A program made the position numbers and the translations under genes. A stretch of 64,000 nt of DNA from Malacoraja senta (lineage: Eukaryota), in the NCBI GenBank assembly GCA_038087875.1, contig CM075988.1, positions 27,530,001 through 27,594,000 on the forward strand, read 5' to 3'. The number at the start of each line of letters is the position of its first letter. Position 1 is the first letter of the stretch. Below are positions 1-13,487 of this stretch, one piece after another. The notes beneath the pieces were generated by a model, which ran no database searches, was not told the DNA's origin, and saw only the letters and a list, made by a program, of their open reading frames with translations.

Positions 1-533
1 TCTGCGGTCGACTATGTACTAATGCATTTAGGCATGCTTTGTGTAAAAGCTTCAAGAAATCAACCAATGACACATCCTACAATAAGTAAAAACATCTCAG
101 TCACTGAATCTCCAAGGCACGACTTCCGTGCTGCCTTTATCTCCGTCTCTTCTATCACTGTGACTAGCCACAGGACATTTGAATCAACACCAATGGTGCA
201 TCTAATGTGTAGCTATTTAGAATCTTTCTTTAAAAAAAAAGCTTTTTTAGCATCCTAGAAAAAAAAATCTTTTTGGCAACTGAAGAACAATATTATCCAT
301 GATAACATGTCTTTATCACTGCCTTGCTTGTTGTTTAAATTCAGCTAAGACTGATAAACCCAGGTCATTATCATAACCATAATAATCCTTTGTAAGATTA
401 GTGGTGCGTGTAAATCATTGTATTCAAGTGAGATTTCACTGACTGGGCTGGATTATACTCACAGAAGTTGTCCTCCAGTATTTGCTATAAATGGTCTCCA
501 CTTCCCTGAGTTTACTCAAGCTAAATATGTAAC

Positions 534-1021
534 ACTTATTTTCATTTTTTAAAGTTCTGAATGCCATTAAATATTGGAAAAAACGGACTGTTTTGTCAGC
601 TGGCAAACTACAGGGTGGAGATCCAACAGCCGGCAAAGATGTCCGCTAAAACCTCATGGGTGTGGTCATATCAATCGATTGCATTGCTCAAAGCCTGTGG
701 GGAGAAAGCAGGAGAACGGGGTTGAGAGGGAAAGATAGATCAGCCATGATTGAATGGCGGAGTAGACTTGATGGGCCTAATGGGCCTAATTCTACTCCTA
801 GACCTTATGAACATGAACTAAATCTTCTTTGACCATATGGTCCCAGAGTCGAACAACAAAGGCATTGAGCAATGCGATAGATTGACATGACTACACCCAT
901 GAAGTTCTACCAGACGACTTTGCCGGCTGTTGGACCTCCACCCTGTAGTTTGCCAGCTGACAAAACAGTCAGTTTTTCCAATATTTGATGACATTCCGAA
1001 CTTGTAAAAATGAAAATAAGT
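534..1021. mobile_element. Long inverted repeat (MITE/foldback-like), ~165-bp arms, interrupted by a CR1 3' tail
   Basis: 534-697 is an imperfect reverse complement of 857-1021 (e.g. gactgttttgtcagctggcaaactacagggtggag / ctccaccctgtagtttgccagctgacaaaacagtc). Confidence 0.8.
697..820 (+). mobile_element. CR1/HER1 LINE 3'-end fragment
   Basis: ggggagaaagcaggag...gatcagccatgattgaatggcggag...gggcctaattctactcct resembles the 3' ends of the CR1 copies at 10.1 kb and 38.6 kb read in reverse. Confidence 0.8.
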
Positions 1022-1339
1022 ATGAAATATTATAAATGCCTTCAGTTGTGTTTATTTGTATAATTTTTAAGTAATTCAAAAAAACAATAAATAATTTTAA
1101 AAATAACTTCCCATATGAAGAAGAGTTGCATCCCAAAATGCCACCCATCCTTTTTATCCAGACATGCTGCCTGGCTCGCTGAGTTACTCCAGCACTTTTG
1201 TCTATCTTTTCCCATATTACTCCACTTTCTATTCTTATGCAGAATCTGAGAGCAGATTCCCTAGATACAATGGCAGGAAATCTCATAAATCATCTTCTAT
1301 TTATAGGAGACCCCAGGGGAACATCGTACAGAGATACAA

Positions 1340-1535
1340 ACAGTAGAGCTGCTGTCTCATGGGTCCAGGGACCCAGGTGTGTTGTGCAGGAAGAATTTGC
1401 ACCTTTTCCCTGGGTTTCCTTTGGGTGTCTGGTTTCCTTCCCACAACCCCAAAGCGTGTGGGTTGGTAGGTTAATTGGCCATTGTAAGCCGCTCCATGAA
1501 TGTAGGTGGGGTGAAATCCTGGGTGAATTAGTGTC
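1340..1535 (+). mobile_element. Degenerate HE1/V-SINE-like tRNA-derived SINE
   Basis: cagtagagctgctgtctca...gggtttcc...ccacaacccccaaagcgtgtgggttggtaggttaattggc resembles the copy at 34131. Confidence 0.65.
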
Positions 1536-1536
1536 T

Positions 1537-1705
1537 ATGTAGATAGACACAAAATGCTGGAGTAACTTGGCGGGACAGGCAGCATCTCTGGAGAGAAGGG
1601 ATTGGTGACATTTTGGGTCCCGCTGCCTGTCCTGCTGAGTTACTCCAGCATTTTGTCTCTATCTTTGATTTTAATCAGCATCTGCAGTTCCTCCCTTCAC
1701 ATAGT
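1537..1705. mobile_element. Penelope-derived pLTR unit, head-to-head palindrome
   Basis: agatagacacaaaatgctggagtaac...gcagcatctctggag followed by its reverse complement ...gagttactccagcattttgtctctatct...cagcatctgcagttcct. Confidence 0.75.
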
Positions 1706-2403
1706 ATATATGTAGAGTAAATGGATTGCAAAGAAATTAGTGGCTGAAAGAGATTGCTCTGTTGTAAGAAAGTGTGGAAATGCAACAAGGACAGGGCTGA
1801 TGGAGTTCGGTTGTTACGTTTGTCACTGCCTCCATTTACCTGCAAACTCCATGCCATCAATAGTCTCCTGAAGACTTGGCAAAATGAAATCCAGACAGTA
1901 AAATCACAACTTCAGACATATCCCAAGAAATCCCAACTTGCACAAGACTTCTGACATGTTCAAGAAAAACAGTTAGGTTTTGCCATGTATCAACTTAACT
2001 TTGTATCTCTGAAACAAAAGTTTAATCATTTGTAAATGTATGCTGCACTAAATCTCTTAATTCAAGTTATTAAATAATTCATTTCATTTAATAATACATC
2101 ATTCATAGACTGTACGACACATTTTTTGAGATCTGGGCTTCAGTTCACTTTTCTAGGAGGTGTTTGTGAATGAGTTTAATAATATTTATTGATTCCCAAT
2201 GAATTAACTTTCTAACTATAGATCACACCAGCTTTTGTGAACTAGATATAATGATAACCCAGCTCTTGATCACATTCATTGGTGGATGAATAAACTATTT
2301 CTCATGATATGGAAGTCTACTGCCTCACCTTGCATTATGAAGATGAAAATTATAAGATGAGCAATCAACATATGCTCGCATGTGGGTAACTGCAAGTTTA
2401 AAC

Positions 2404-2816
2404 TCAATGTTATGTACTACCTAACAATGGAAATCTTGATGTAGCTTTGCTACTTGATTGCATGGCACATGGTCCTTGAGAGTTATCTTTACTAAGATTA
2501 AATGCAAATAGAGGATTGAATAGCATGTAATTTATTATTAGATATTAATGTTTTTATGATTGGTAATAAAGAATTAGAGAGTGCGCAAGATTTCAATAGA
2601 TCAAAATCTATGTACAAGTTGACACTTTAGAGCAGAAATTTATAGTATGGTAACTGGGGCTTGTGGACAAGTAAATAAATTGTGTCTGAAAAAAGACTGC
2701 AAGTTGTCAGAGTCCAGTTGATCGGAAATGACTGTCAGTGTAAGTAATGAAAAATCAATGTTATGTACTACCTAACAATGGAAATCTTGACGTACTGTAG
2801 CTTTGCTATTTGATTG
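2404..2816 (+). repeat. Dispersed direct duplication of ~57 bp (2404-2460 and 2755-2816)
   Basis: 36 identical bp (tcaatgttatgtactacctaacaatggaaatcttga), then a 5-bp indel and tgtagctttgctaYttgattg. Confidence 0.95.
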
Positions 2817-4384
2817 TAATTAATTAACACAAGCTTTCCTGTTGTGGATCAAAATTAAGGGACAGTAAGTGGAATGGGGAAGAGGGGAAGGAGAGGGTAA
2901 GCAAATGTTTCCTTCTCTCTTTCGTAATGTGAAAAACTAACATTTTTGACAGCGACAGAGAGGTTGACTCCTCATTTGAAAGAAGATGGTCCAAAACATC
3001 ATTTTAAAATGTTGTCATTACAAATTAAATTATTAAACTCAAATGGAGCTGCCAAACAAACCTATCTGGAGGCAATACTCTTGGGATGCAAATAATTGAT
3101 CTGAATGGCTCTGCTCCTCTCGTGGAGCATGTCACATTGCTGAGATGTTTTTTTTAAGGGATTTTCTTATATTAAAGAAACCCAAAGAATTTCCATGTAG
3201 ACTTTGTATTTGTCCCCTACATGCTGTGGCAGAAAGAAAGAATAAATTGTAACCCGAGAGATTATGTTTAGTTATTGAAATCCTGTGACTGTTGATTGCT
3301 GCTTAACTGGGGGGAAAAAAGTGACATGATTGAGAAAGTAAATTGAATGTTCAACAGCGAAAACGGTATTCCCAATGGGCCAGCTGCTGAATATGAAAGA
3401 AAATATTGTCTTATTAAAACGCATGTTGGCTCAAAGCCTTTATAAGAAGAATCAAAATACAGAATAACATTACAACCCAAGAACAATTATAATGCAGAGA
3501 GATTAGTAAATTTTGCCCAATACTTATATGCTAAGTACTGGTTACTATTTTATTTATTTAATCAGCATTTTCCCATGTGGGGTCTGGAGTGAAATATTTA
3601 ATGTTTTAATCAATTTTATTGACACATCTGTCAAAACATGATGCTAATGTGTCACAAAAAAATATATATCTATGGGAGAAAAATGCAAGTTCAATGCGTT
3701 GGTCTTTATGTGTCGCATAAACTGTTGAGACTAAAACAATATGAACACTTGAATCAAAGCAGTTACTGTCTGGAGGGATTGGGCTAGAGACAAAAGCAGA
3801 GACAGCGGAATATGTCGTAAGCAGCATAATGCCAGGCATCTGAGTAAAACCATTACTTCAGCAAAAGGTTCAGTTAAAGTTTAATTACTATGTTAAAACA
3901 GCTTATTTTCTTTCAAACCAGGCTTGCTACCTTGTGTAATTAGATTTAGAATACATAAAAATACACGATTTGCTGGGGTTCAAGGCTGAATATAACCTCA
4001 CTGACGCCAGCCTGTTTATGGTGGAGTAGATGAATATACAGAGCACTCAAAAAGACAGTGCATTATGATTTTTATCTTACAAATCCGCAGGCCTGTTAAT
4101 TCACTCACCATTTTAATTGAAATATAAATCATATCTCGCAGGATTACATTAAGTAGGAAGACACTGCACATGCACAAGCAATTGACTTCATTCTTGTGAC
4201 TATTTATGAATAGTATATTTATGATGGAGAACATAGAATATTTTTTATTTCTATGTTCTATATCATAGGTTAAAAATGAAATCTTAAAAACAGAAATTTT
4301 ATTAATTAAGGAGGTTTGAATGTGGCTTCCACAAGCTTGGTATCAATGATGTTAAGGGGAGTATGAATGTCAATCTGGCATCAG

Positions 4385-5650
4385 AAAAGCTTGTTGTTGT
4401 GTGCTATCCAGTCAGTGACACGACTATACATGATTACAACCAAGCCGTCCACAGTGTACAGATACAGGATAAAGGGTCAATGTCTAGTGCAAGATAAAGA
4501 CCAATCGAGGCTGATTAAAGATAGTTCAAAGGTCTCCAATGGGGTAGATGGGAGGTCAGGACCACCCTCTAGCGCAGGGGTTACCAACCTTTTTCGTCCC
4601 ATTTACCCCTGCCAACTTTAATAGCACACAACAATATATTTTCACTTATTTATGAACAACTAATGATGAACAGATACCAGTATACCAGAACCAAACACAG
4701 TCAGTCAATGAGAAAAAATATGTAGAAATCCAGAATCAACAAATTTACCCCCTGAGTAGGTGAAATTTACCCCTGGGGGTAAATTTACCCAAGGTTGGGA
4801 ACCCTTGCACTAGTGGATGAGAGGACCAGTTAGTTGCTTGATAACAGATGGCAAGAAACTGTCCCTGAATCTGGACGTATGCATTTTCAAACCTCTGCAC
4901 CTCTTGCCTGATAGGAGAGGCGAGAAGAGAGAGCGACTGGGGTGAGACTGGTCCTTGATTATGCTGGTGGCCTTACCTAAGAGTAGATGGAGTTAATGGA
5001 AGGGAAGTTGGTTTGCACGATGGTCTGGGCTGCATCCACAACTCTGCAATTTCTTGCTGTCTTGGATAGAGCTGTTCCCAAACCATGCTGTGATGCATCC
5101 CAATAATATGCTTTCTACGGTGTATCTGTGGAAGTTGGTGAGGGTTGTTGGGGACATGCCGAACTTCCTAAGCCTTTTAAGGAAGTTGAGGCGTTGGTGT
5201 GCTTTCTTGGCCATTGCTTAGATGTAGCTGGTCCAGGACAAATTGCTGGTGATATTTATTCCTAAGAACTTGAAGCTTTCAACCATCTCTACTTTGGTGC
5301 CATCAATGTACACTGGTGTATGTATACCACTTCACTTCCTGAAATCAATCACAATCTCCTTTGTCTTGATGACATGGAGGGAGAGGTTGTTGTCTTAGCA
5401 CCAGGTTATGAGGTTCTCAATTTCCTTCCTTTATTCTGTTTCGTCATTATTTGATATCCATCCCTCTACGTTGTTGTGGTCTGCGAATTTATGAATTTGG
5501 CTGGACTGGTATTTGGCTGCACCGTCATGAGTATATAGTTGGGGGCTGATAATGCATCCTTGCACCAGTGTTGAGGAATATCATAGAGGATGATTTGTCA
5601 CCTATTCTCACTGATTGTGGTCGTCAGGAAGTCGAGGATCCAGTTGCAGA
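4385..5650 (-). mobile_element. Rex1/Babar non-LTR retrotransposon, degenerate 3' part
   Basis: ORF 4993-5214 AKKAHQRLNFLKRLRKFGMSPTTLTNFHRYTVESILLGCITAWFGN is the characteristic Rex1 post-RT region. Confidence 0.85.
4575..4807. mobile_element. Non-autonomous hAT (Charlie-like) MITE inserted in Rex1
   Basis: TIRs caggggttaccaacct / aggttgggaacccttg; 8-bp flanks ctctagcg / cactagtg (6/8 match, NTCTAGAN-like); subterminal tttacccc repeats. Confidence 0.85.
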
Positions 5651-5811
5651 TTTAGAGAATATACATTTTAGAAGATGCAGTCGTCATGTGGTCTCTTAGT
5701 AAGCATGAGTTAGGAAATCAGACGCAATCAGGAAATCGTGGTACACCCCATCTCCATTACTGCATACATGGTCATCAGTTATAGAACCTCCCAAATCATC
5801 TCAACTTATGA

Positions 5812-6000
5812 TTTTTCCAGCATCTGCAGTTCTTTCTTAAACATTTTGTCTACTCCACTGTGAAATCTCCTCAAGGTATGTCTACTTTGAAGAAGTTCTC
5901 CTCCTCTCTCCGAAGACAGTTTAGCAACCTCCTCTGCCTATTCCTTCTCTCCATAGATGCTGCCTCACCCGCTGAGTTCCTCCAGCATTTTTGTCTACAT
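5812..6000 (+). mobile_element. Penelope-derived short insertion with 11-bp TSD
   Basis: Flanked by tcaacttatga (5801-5811, 6001-6011); contains gatgctgcctcacccgctgagttcctccagcattttt. Confidence 0.75.
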
Positions 6001-7515
6001 TCAACTTATGAATACTTTCTTTACAGAATTTTAGAAGGAAGAATTTTTTTTGCTTGAATGTTATTCAACTTTGGCCAAGAAATCCTATTACGTATGCAAA
6101 AACGTGCAAAATCGAATTTATTCTAAAGTCAATCATTAAATACAGTTTGGTAGGTCATGCAGTTAAAATGCATCCCAGAAAATTCTGTGAGGGGCCCTCC
6201 ATGTGTATAAAATGCTTGGAGATACTGCACACATGAACACAAACAAGCAATTGGCACCACTCTTGTGACATTATTTATGAATAGCACACAGGGTTGAGGG
6301 TCTACGCTGGTTATATTCAAAAGATCCACTCTTAACTTTCCCAACATTTTTCAGTTGGCCAGAACAGGGATACCTATATATAAATATAATATTCCCAAGG
6401 CCAACCATCGAACAGCCCCAAGCACAATGATTCCTGCTCAAGCTGCCTGTCTCCAATGGCATAATGTCCAGCAGAGCAACAAGATATGGCAGTCATTTTT
6501 TTTCTAATACTTACTGAGAGCCAGTCAGTCCCAAAAGTGACATCAATGTCATTTTAAGAGCTGGAGTCACAGTCGGACCAGACAGCAAAGTTTGCAGTGA
6601 ACCCAGACCTTTCCTGTTAACACCAGTTTTATGTATTGAGAATCTATCATGTGCAATGCATAGCATTGAAGTCAAGTGGGGTAAAATGTTGTTGCTCAGT
6701 CTAGATGGATCTCCTATCAGTGCAACTTTAATGCATGTTTTCTTATGCATAAATATTTCTAGTCCTTTATCTTTTATGATAGGAGATTGTAGGTAACTTT
6801 AAAACTGAGTGACAAAGGGATAATGTCAGCTTAAAAGGAGGTTAAGGTCTGAATGGGACTTATGTTTCAGCTTCTGCAACCTGGTAAGAACTTCCAAACC
6901 AGACAGCTGAGAGAGAGAGAGGCTCCAGCTTTCAAGAGTGCACTACAGTACAATGTTCTCATCTCTGTCAATTCACATTAATTTCTGTCTGATGGGGCTT
7001 TCATGTTTGAGTTTATTTATGTTAATACAGTTACAAATGAGTCAAGCACATTATCATCAATTTTCTTTTGACTAAATAGACGATCAACGCAGAAACACAA
7101 AGACAGATGCTACATATGCACACAATCTAGCCAGACATTGTGTATTGCAGCTAGATACATTTCAAACAATATGATCACACTGCACCACTGTTCAAGTTCA
7201 CCACTGACTACATTGGAGAAGGGACTCAGGAATATCTAGAGTTAAACCACATCATCGCAAGTAGAATTAGTGTGACGTATATTATTGCAATGACTAGTGC
7301 AAAAATCATTACATCTGGAAAGAAGAAAAGCATGGAAAACTATTTCACAAATAGATGTTGGAACAGAAATAGTGTTGTATCATGAAGATGGAAGGAAATT
7401 CATCACAGAAAACACCCTTCTTTCCAAATGTCTTTGACGCACGATATGTAGTCAACATATGTGGAACCATTCTCGGCTAAGTATTACATGATTTTCACTG
7501 AGTCTTAAGTTCAAC

Positions 7516-7572
7516 ACCCCCGCCTCCACCCCCGCCTCCACCACCTTCCTCCCCCCTCCCCCCCCCCCCCCC
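7516..7572 (-). repeat. C-rich low-complexity tract (G-quadruplex-capable on minus strand)
   Basis: ccccgcctcca x2 followed by a poly-C run. Confidence 0.7.
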
Positions 7573-7689
7573 GATTTCCCCTCTCCCAAACGCCACTTAA
7601 ATTTGTTGCACATAATCTAGGCAGATTTTGCAGGGCAGAGGGACAATACATTCGATGCAGTTAATCCAAGGTCCTGAAAAAACATTTAT

Positions 7690-7900
7690 AGAGCAGAAGG
7701 AGTTTCTGCCAATAGTTCTAGTCAACATTTATCCCTTAGCCAAACATACTGTGGTCATTTTTCTTGTTGCTATTTGTGCCATATTTGTGTGTGCTGCAAG
7801 GAGAATTTCCCAATAGTCACATTTCAAAGGTATTGCATTGGCTGTGGAATGGCTTGAGTTATTTGGAGATTGCGAAAAGGATTAAATAAATATCTATAAC
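7690..7900 (+). mobile_element. Old SacSINE1/Deu-SINE 3' fragment
   Basis: gagcagaaggagtttct...caacatttatccctt...ggtcatt...ttgctatttgtg...cattggctgtggaatggcttg resembles the Deu-SINE body and tail. Confidence 0.55.
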
Positions 7901-8229
7901 TTTATTGCTCCAAGCCGCCATCTGTGTTCTTAATAGTCATTTGCCTGGAAATGAGTCCCATATGGTGAGTGGCATCAACTTGTTGCATCTTATCACAGGA
8001 CTTCATGTCTAGAAGGTAGAGGACTATGTGTTGACATGACTACACAACATATATCTGATGTTACCCAGTGAGCATGAATTTCTTGAACACATAAAGTAGG
8101 GGCAGGAGAGGGCGTCTTGGCCCCTCGAGCCTACTCTGCCATTCAAAATGATCATGGCTGATCTATACTGGCCTCAATTTCTCTAATTTAATATATCCAA
8201 TGATCTGGCCTGCACTACCCTCAGGAGTT

Positions 8230-8631
8230 GCAGAGAATTGTGGACGCAGGCCAGACCATCACACGAACCAACCTCCCTTCCATTTCTTCCATTTATACCT
8301 CACACTGCCTCGGCAAGGCCACCAGCATTATCAAGGATGAGTCGCACCCTGGGCATTCCCTCTTCACCTCTCCCATCAGGCAAAAGGTATAGAAGTGTGA
8401 AAACGCATACAGTAGTCCTGAACTACCATCTACCTCATAGGAGACCCTCGGACTATCCTAGATCTGTCTTTACTGGCTTTATCTTGCACTAAATATTATT
8501 CACATTATTCCCTTCATCAAGTATCTGCACAGTGAATGGCTTGATTGTAATCATGTATTGTCTGTTAGCACATAACAAAAGCTTTTCACTGTAGCTCGGT
8601 ACAATAAACTAAACTAAACTAAACTAAACTA
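8230..8631 (+). mobile_element. Rex1/Babar 3' end with (TAAAC)n tail
   Basis: PLPSGKRYRSVKT motif in ORF 8238-8492; ends acaataaactaaactaaact. Confidence 0.75.
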
Positions 8632-9721
8632 GCAAATTCCAAAGAATCACTAGGCACACGATGGCTGGCATTTACTTTGGGATAATTAAAGGACAATACA
8701 TACAAGAGATTCTCAATTAGCATTTAGCAGTAGGAGAAAAAATAAGCTGGAAAATAGGAAATAAAGGGGCAGTCAGTTAAATTTTTAACGTTCTTAGCCA
8801 AGAGAGGGTACTGAGTGTGTTCTTCACCTGTGGCTGGATAGTAGCGAACGGTCTTTATGAATACAAAACATTCTGTGCTTTGGATAAACACACCAGCAAC
8901 ATACATATGGTCAATGGTTTCTTTATTGTCACATGTACCAGGTACAGTGAAAAACATTCTCCGCAAGACTATCCCCATACATAAGCACCCTCGCCACAGT
9001 TAGTATAGTATGGAACGGCCCACCGAGCCCATATTTTGTATATCCACACTAATGTTCACTGTAAAACAACTATTTTTTAAATAGTATTTCAATGGAATGG
9101 AAATACAATATGCCAATAGCAGTGATATTCTACAAGAGAATGTAGGAAAATCCATATTAGTCTTCCTTGACAACACACCTTGATTTGAAACTTGTGCGAA
9201 TATTGCAGATAAGGTAGATATATAGCCTCCAATCCCCTGTGAAGAAAGTGGATATTTACCATGCTGAACATGTCCACATTTCTGTAATCTTCAATTTAAA
9301 TATGTATTATCATGCTAGAAGGAACACTCTTTCTAAAATTAACATGTCCCCATCACCTGCATTACTCAGGAAGTTGAAGTGTGCATCACTGAGTCTGCCA
9401 CATCCCAGAGTTACTGGCAAATTTATTCTGCTAAACTGCTACCACGGAAAGAAACATTGCATCCTTGGGAGTAAACATAAGACTGTTTGGTCAGGTTGAA
9501 AATATCACTGCTATTGGCAACACATCCAGTCACGCTGGTCTGTCCATGAGAATATCTAGCCTAATGTCTTCAAATAAATTACACCCCATGGTCTCCTAGC
9601 AATGATATACTGTTTGGTTGGAACAATTAACAGCAACATATATTCATGTCAGCATGTTGTATTATACTCCATAAATTTATTCTGTGCACTTTAATGCTTC
9701 CAACCAAAGATGATTTTCTAG

Positions 9722-9837
9722 ACGGAGATAGACACAAAATGCTGGAGTATCCCAGTGGGTCAGGCAACATCTCTGGAGAAAATGAATAGGTGACATTTTG
9801 GGCCGGAACCCTTCTTCAGACAATTCCTTCCTGCACC
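9722..9837 (-). mobile_element. Penelope-derived unit with degenerate hammerhead core and 12-bp TSD
   Basis: atgattttctag at 9710-9721 and 9838-9849; minus strand reads gtctgaagaagggttccggcccaaaatgtc. Confidence 0.75.
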
Positions 9838-10097
9838 ATGATTTTCTAGGCATTGCTTTACAACTTTTTGAAATACTTCATACCTTTAGTCCCACATATA
9901 ATATAGAATTATCCATTGTCTTGCTATTTTAAAATAGAGGATATTCCATTTATACCTCTGATATTAGAAAATTAATTTCCTATTAACATATTTTAATACC
10001 ACTGAACGATTACCATATTGGGTACACATTATTTTTCAAAATAGTTACCATTATTATTTAAAAATCAAAAGGGCTTCAATAGATTTTAACTTATTTT

Positions 10098-10710
10098 CAT
10101 AAGGTCATACGTGATAGGAGCAGAATTAGGCCATTCAACACATCAAGTCTACTCTGCCATTCAATCATGGCTGATCTATCTCTCCTTCCTAACCCCATTC
10201 TCCTGCCTTCTCCCCATAACCATTAACAACCATACCAATCAAGAATCTATCTATCTCTGCCTTAAAAATATCCATTGACTTGACCACCACAGCCGTCTGT
10301 GGCAAAGAATTTCACAGATTCACCACCCTCTGAATAAATAAATTCCTCCTCATCTCCTTCCTAAAGGAACGTCCTTCAGGCTATGATCTCTGGACCCAGC
10401 CTCTCCCACTCGTGGAAACATCCTCTCCACATCCACTCTATCCAAGCCTTTCACTATATGGTAAGTTTCAATGAGGTCCCCTCATTGAGTCCTTCTAAAC
10501 TCCGGCGAGTATAGGCCCAGTGTCGTCAAACTTATCATATGTTAACCCATTCATTCCTTGGATCATTCTTGTAAACCTCCTCTCCAGAGCCAACACTTCC
10601 TTCCTCAGATATGGTGCCCAAAATTGGCCACAATACTCCAAATACGGCCTGACCTGCGCCTTACAGAGCCTCAGCATTACATCCCTGTTTTTGTATTCTA
10701 ATCCTCTAGA
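10098..10710 (-). mobile_element. CR1 LINE 3' fragment
   Basis: ORF 10495-10758 RGLEYKNRDVMLRLCKAQVRPYLEYCGQFWAPYLRK; CR1 3' UTR follows. Confidence 0.9.
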
Positions 10711-11509
10711 ATAAATTGTGTTTCTCTTGAATCTGTTATAAATCTTTTTGAATGACACTTCAGAAGACCAGCAAGTGTTTTTAATAAACAGTAAAACCCA
10801 CTGATGCCAAAGCAGGCATTATCCCTACATTCACGTTTGAATAATTTAGAATTGAAGCAGGTTTACAACCTGCCAAGGCAGCAAAGCCAGTCACTACCGC
10901 CAGCCAAATGGACAGCCAAAAAGGAGAATGGTGACTGATAACTTCCCTTGGTCATGTCAATGTATGACATTCCAGCTGCACTTCTTCAAAGAATATTAAT
11001 GAAGATATAAACAAAATAAACAAAATGCTGGAATTCTGGGGCAAAATCAGAAAATGGTGTAACAGCCAACATTTATGAAGAGAAAAGACAAATTTACAAA
11101 TTGGGTATACTTTTCTATCTGAACTGAAAGTAAAATAATTCTGCATCATATGTAATTATTGCAAGTTTACCTACTTCCATGTTTCAAAAATTTGTCTTGC
11201 CAAACCTTCTACTATTTATTTCTTCCCGAACTTGTCAAACATGAAACAAAGTCACAAGGACCTATACACTCTTAAAGATCCAAAATAGATTTAAAATATA
11301 TTATAGATGGCCAATGTAGATTGCGTCTTGTGTGTGGAAGGATGGTAGAACTTTAGTGGTGGGAGCGGAGGGGGGGAGGGTAGTTGATGGAATTGTGAAG
11401 AGGATAAAATGGGTTAAAATAGGAATAGGTTTCTAGAGGTGTTCAATGATCAATGTCGACTCAAGAGAGTAGAAGGACCTGTTTTGTGTTAACTTTAAGA
11501 CTTTGTAAC

Positions 11510-11720
11510 TGAGACGACTGCCAGGCAACTCTCTAAGGGTAGTTGAGGCAGGTATAATAACAGCATTTAAAATCATTTGGACAGGTACTTGGATAGTAAT
11601 GGTTTAAAGGGATATTGGCCAAATGCGGCAGATGGGACTAGTATAGATGGGGCGTCTTGGTCAGCATGGGCAAGTTGGACCGAAAGACCTGTTTTAATGC
11701 TGTATGATTCTATGACTCTA
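11510..11720 (+). mobile_element. CR1 LINE 3' end
   Basis: gtagttgaggcaggt...catttaaaatcatttggacaggtacttggatag...ggaccgaaagacctgttt...tgtatgattctatgactctatga tail. Confidence 0.8.
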
Positions 11721-13487
11721 TGACGTGTGCAGTCTGTAAATGCCTGAACTTGGGAAGCTTTCAATGCAAATTCTGCATTGCCTGCTCCTGTTCGCGGAAT
11801 GAAAAGTAAAGAACAAAGCTTATGTGATCTCTCTAATACAACAGCTGCGAGATGCCGTAGACATCAATGGCAGTAACCTGAAATTATCCCAGAACCAGGA
11901 AGCTGAAGATGACGGTACCAAGAGGTTGAAAATCTCGCGCAATGTGTAGTTTTTTAGTCACATGAGCGTTGATGCCATTTGGGGAAGTCTTAAACCTGAA
12001 CAATGCATCTGGGAGAATGAACACCATCAACAACAAAAGTGGAGACAAGGTTTCCTGCTGGGCTTTAAAATATCCCAAAATGTGCAGAGAATTGATCTAC
12101 TTTGGGTTAAGCCAATTTTCAGGAGCAAAATACTATTTGCTTTCCTGTGTTTTTATTAATGATTTTTGAGCTTGTATTTTATGAATGAATTTCTAATAAT
12201 CACAAGCTTGTATCAGCAAAATGATGTTCAAAACATCCAGGCACAAATGGGTATTAAAGAGCCACCTACACAGATCCCTCAAGTTACACACAAAGTTTGT
12301 TACCAAAAAAGTTGTAAAGACATTGACTTTGAACTTTGGAGCTATCTGTGTTCAATGGAACTAATTTGAAACTCTAAAATTAGATCTCTAACTGGATACC
12401 TTTAATCTTGAAAACTCTTATTGCTCACCTTCAACCTATGCTCTCTTGTTTATAATGCACCTACCATGGGAAAAGATTTTGACTCCCTCACCTATTGATG
12501 ACTCTCAGAGTCTTATATACTTCAATCAGGCCACCAGTCAGCCTTCCTCACTCCAGGGTAAAAAAAGCCCAGTCTACCCAATCTCAACTGGCAGGGCCCT
12601 GGCCCCAAACTAACCCACAAACAATTACAAATATTCCATCGTGTAGGACGGGTTACAATTTCTTAATAATTTTTATTAGGTTGGTGTACCAACAGTCTAT
12701 TTTCAGCTGCTCATTGAGAGGGGTTATTCTGTTCCCACCCACCCTCATACCCACCTCCTCCCCCCCCAACCTCATGTCACTGCATTACGACACCCAAGAT
12801 CCTGCTATCACACAGAGCTTTGCCATTTTCCATCTGGATGTCAATCAGCCTATGTCTATTAACTTTCTTTGAGCCAGTATTGAATACAAGAGTTTTCCTT
12901 TATGATATCTGTTGAGATCTGATTTACAAGCCCTAACCAAATTCCTAAACAACTGGAAGCATTTCCCAAAGGTATGACAGATCTTGTATGTAAGCTCATG
13001 GTGAGAAATGGTTGACTGGGCTGAAGAGAAAATTAATGAATTCTCCTCAAACAAAAAGCATCAACTGCACAGAATGAGGAATGTTGGCCCTTTTAGTCAA
13101 TGTCTGTTCTCTACAACAGCAATGCAGTGGTCCCACTCTCTCAGCAGCTTTGAATTATTTTTCTTTCAAGAATTGCTCTAATTCTGTTTTTGAAAACCAT
13201 AACTAAATCTGCTTCCACTATCTTGCCAGGCAATTATTTCCAGATGCTAACCATTCACAGTGAAAAATATATATATTCCCTCATGTTGCCTTTCATTCTG
13301 TTGCCAATCACAAGTCCTCTGGTGTTTGATCCTTGGAAACTCTTTGTCTCTGTCTAGATCCCTCAGTCTTATGAATATCTCTATTCTTCCAATCCTGAGG
13401 GATATCTCTTAAGTCTGAGTAACCCTTCTATATTTGTTATTCATTTCTGTTTTCTTGTCCTTCAAATTTGCTTTCTCTGTCAAGTGC

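Noticed and set aside
4220..4267. AT-rich hairpin
   Set aside because: Short and low complexity; plausible by chance or local slippage.
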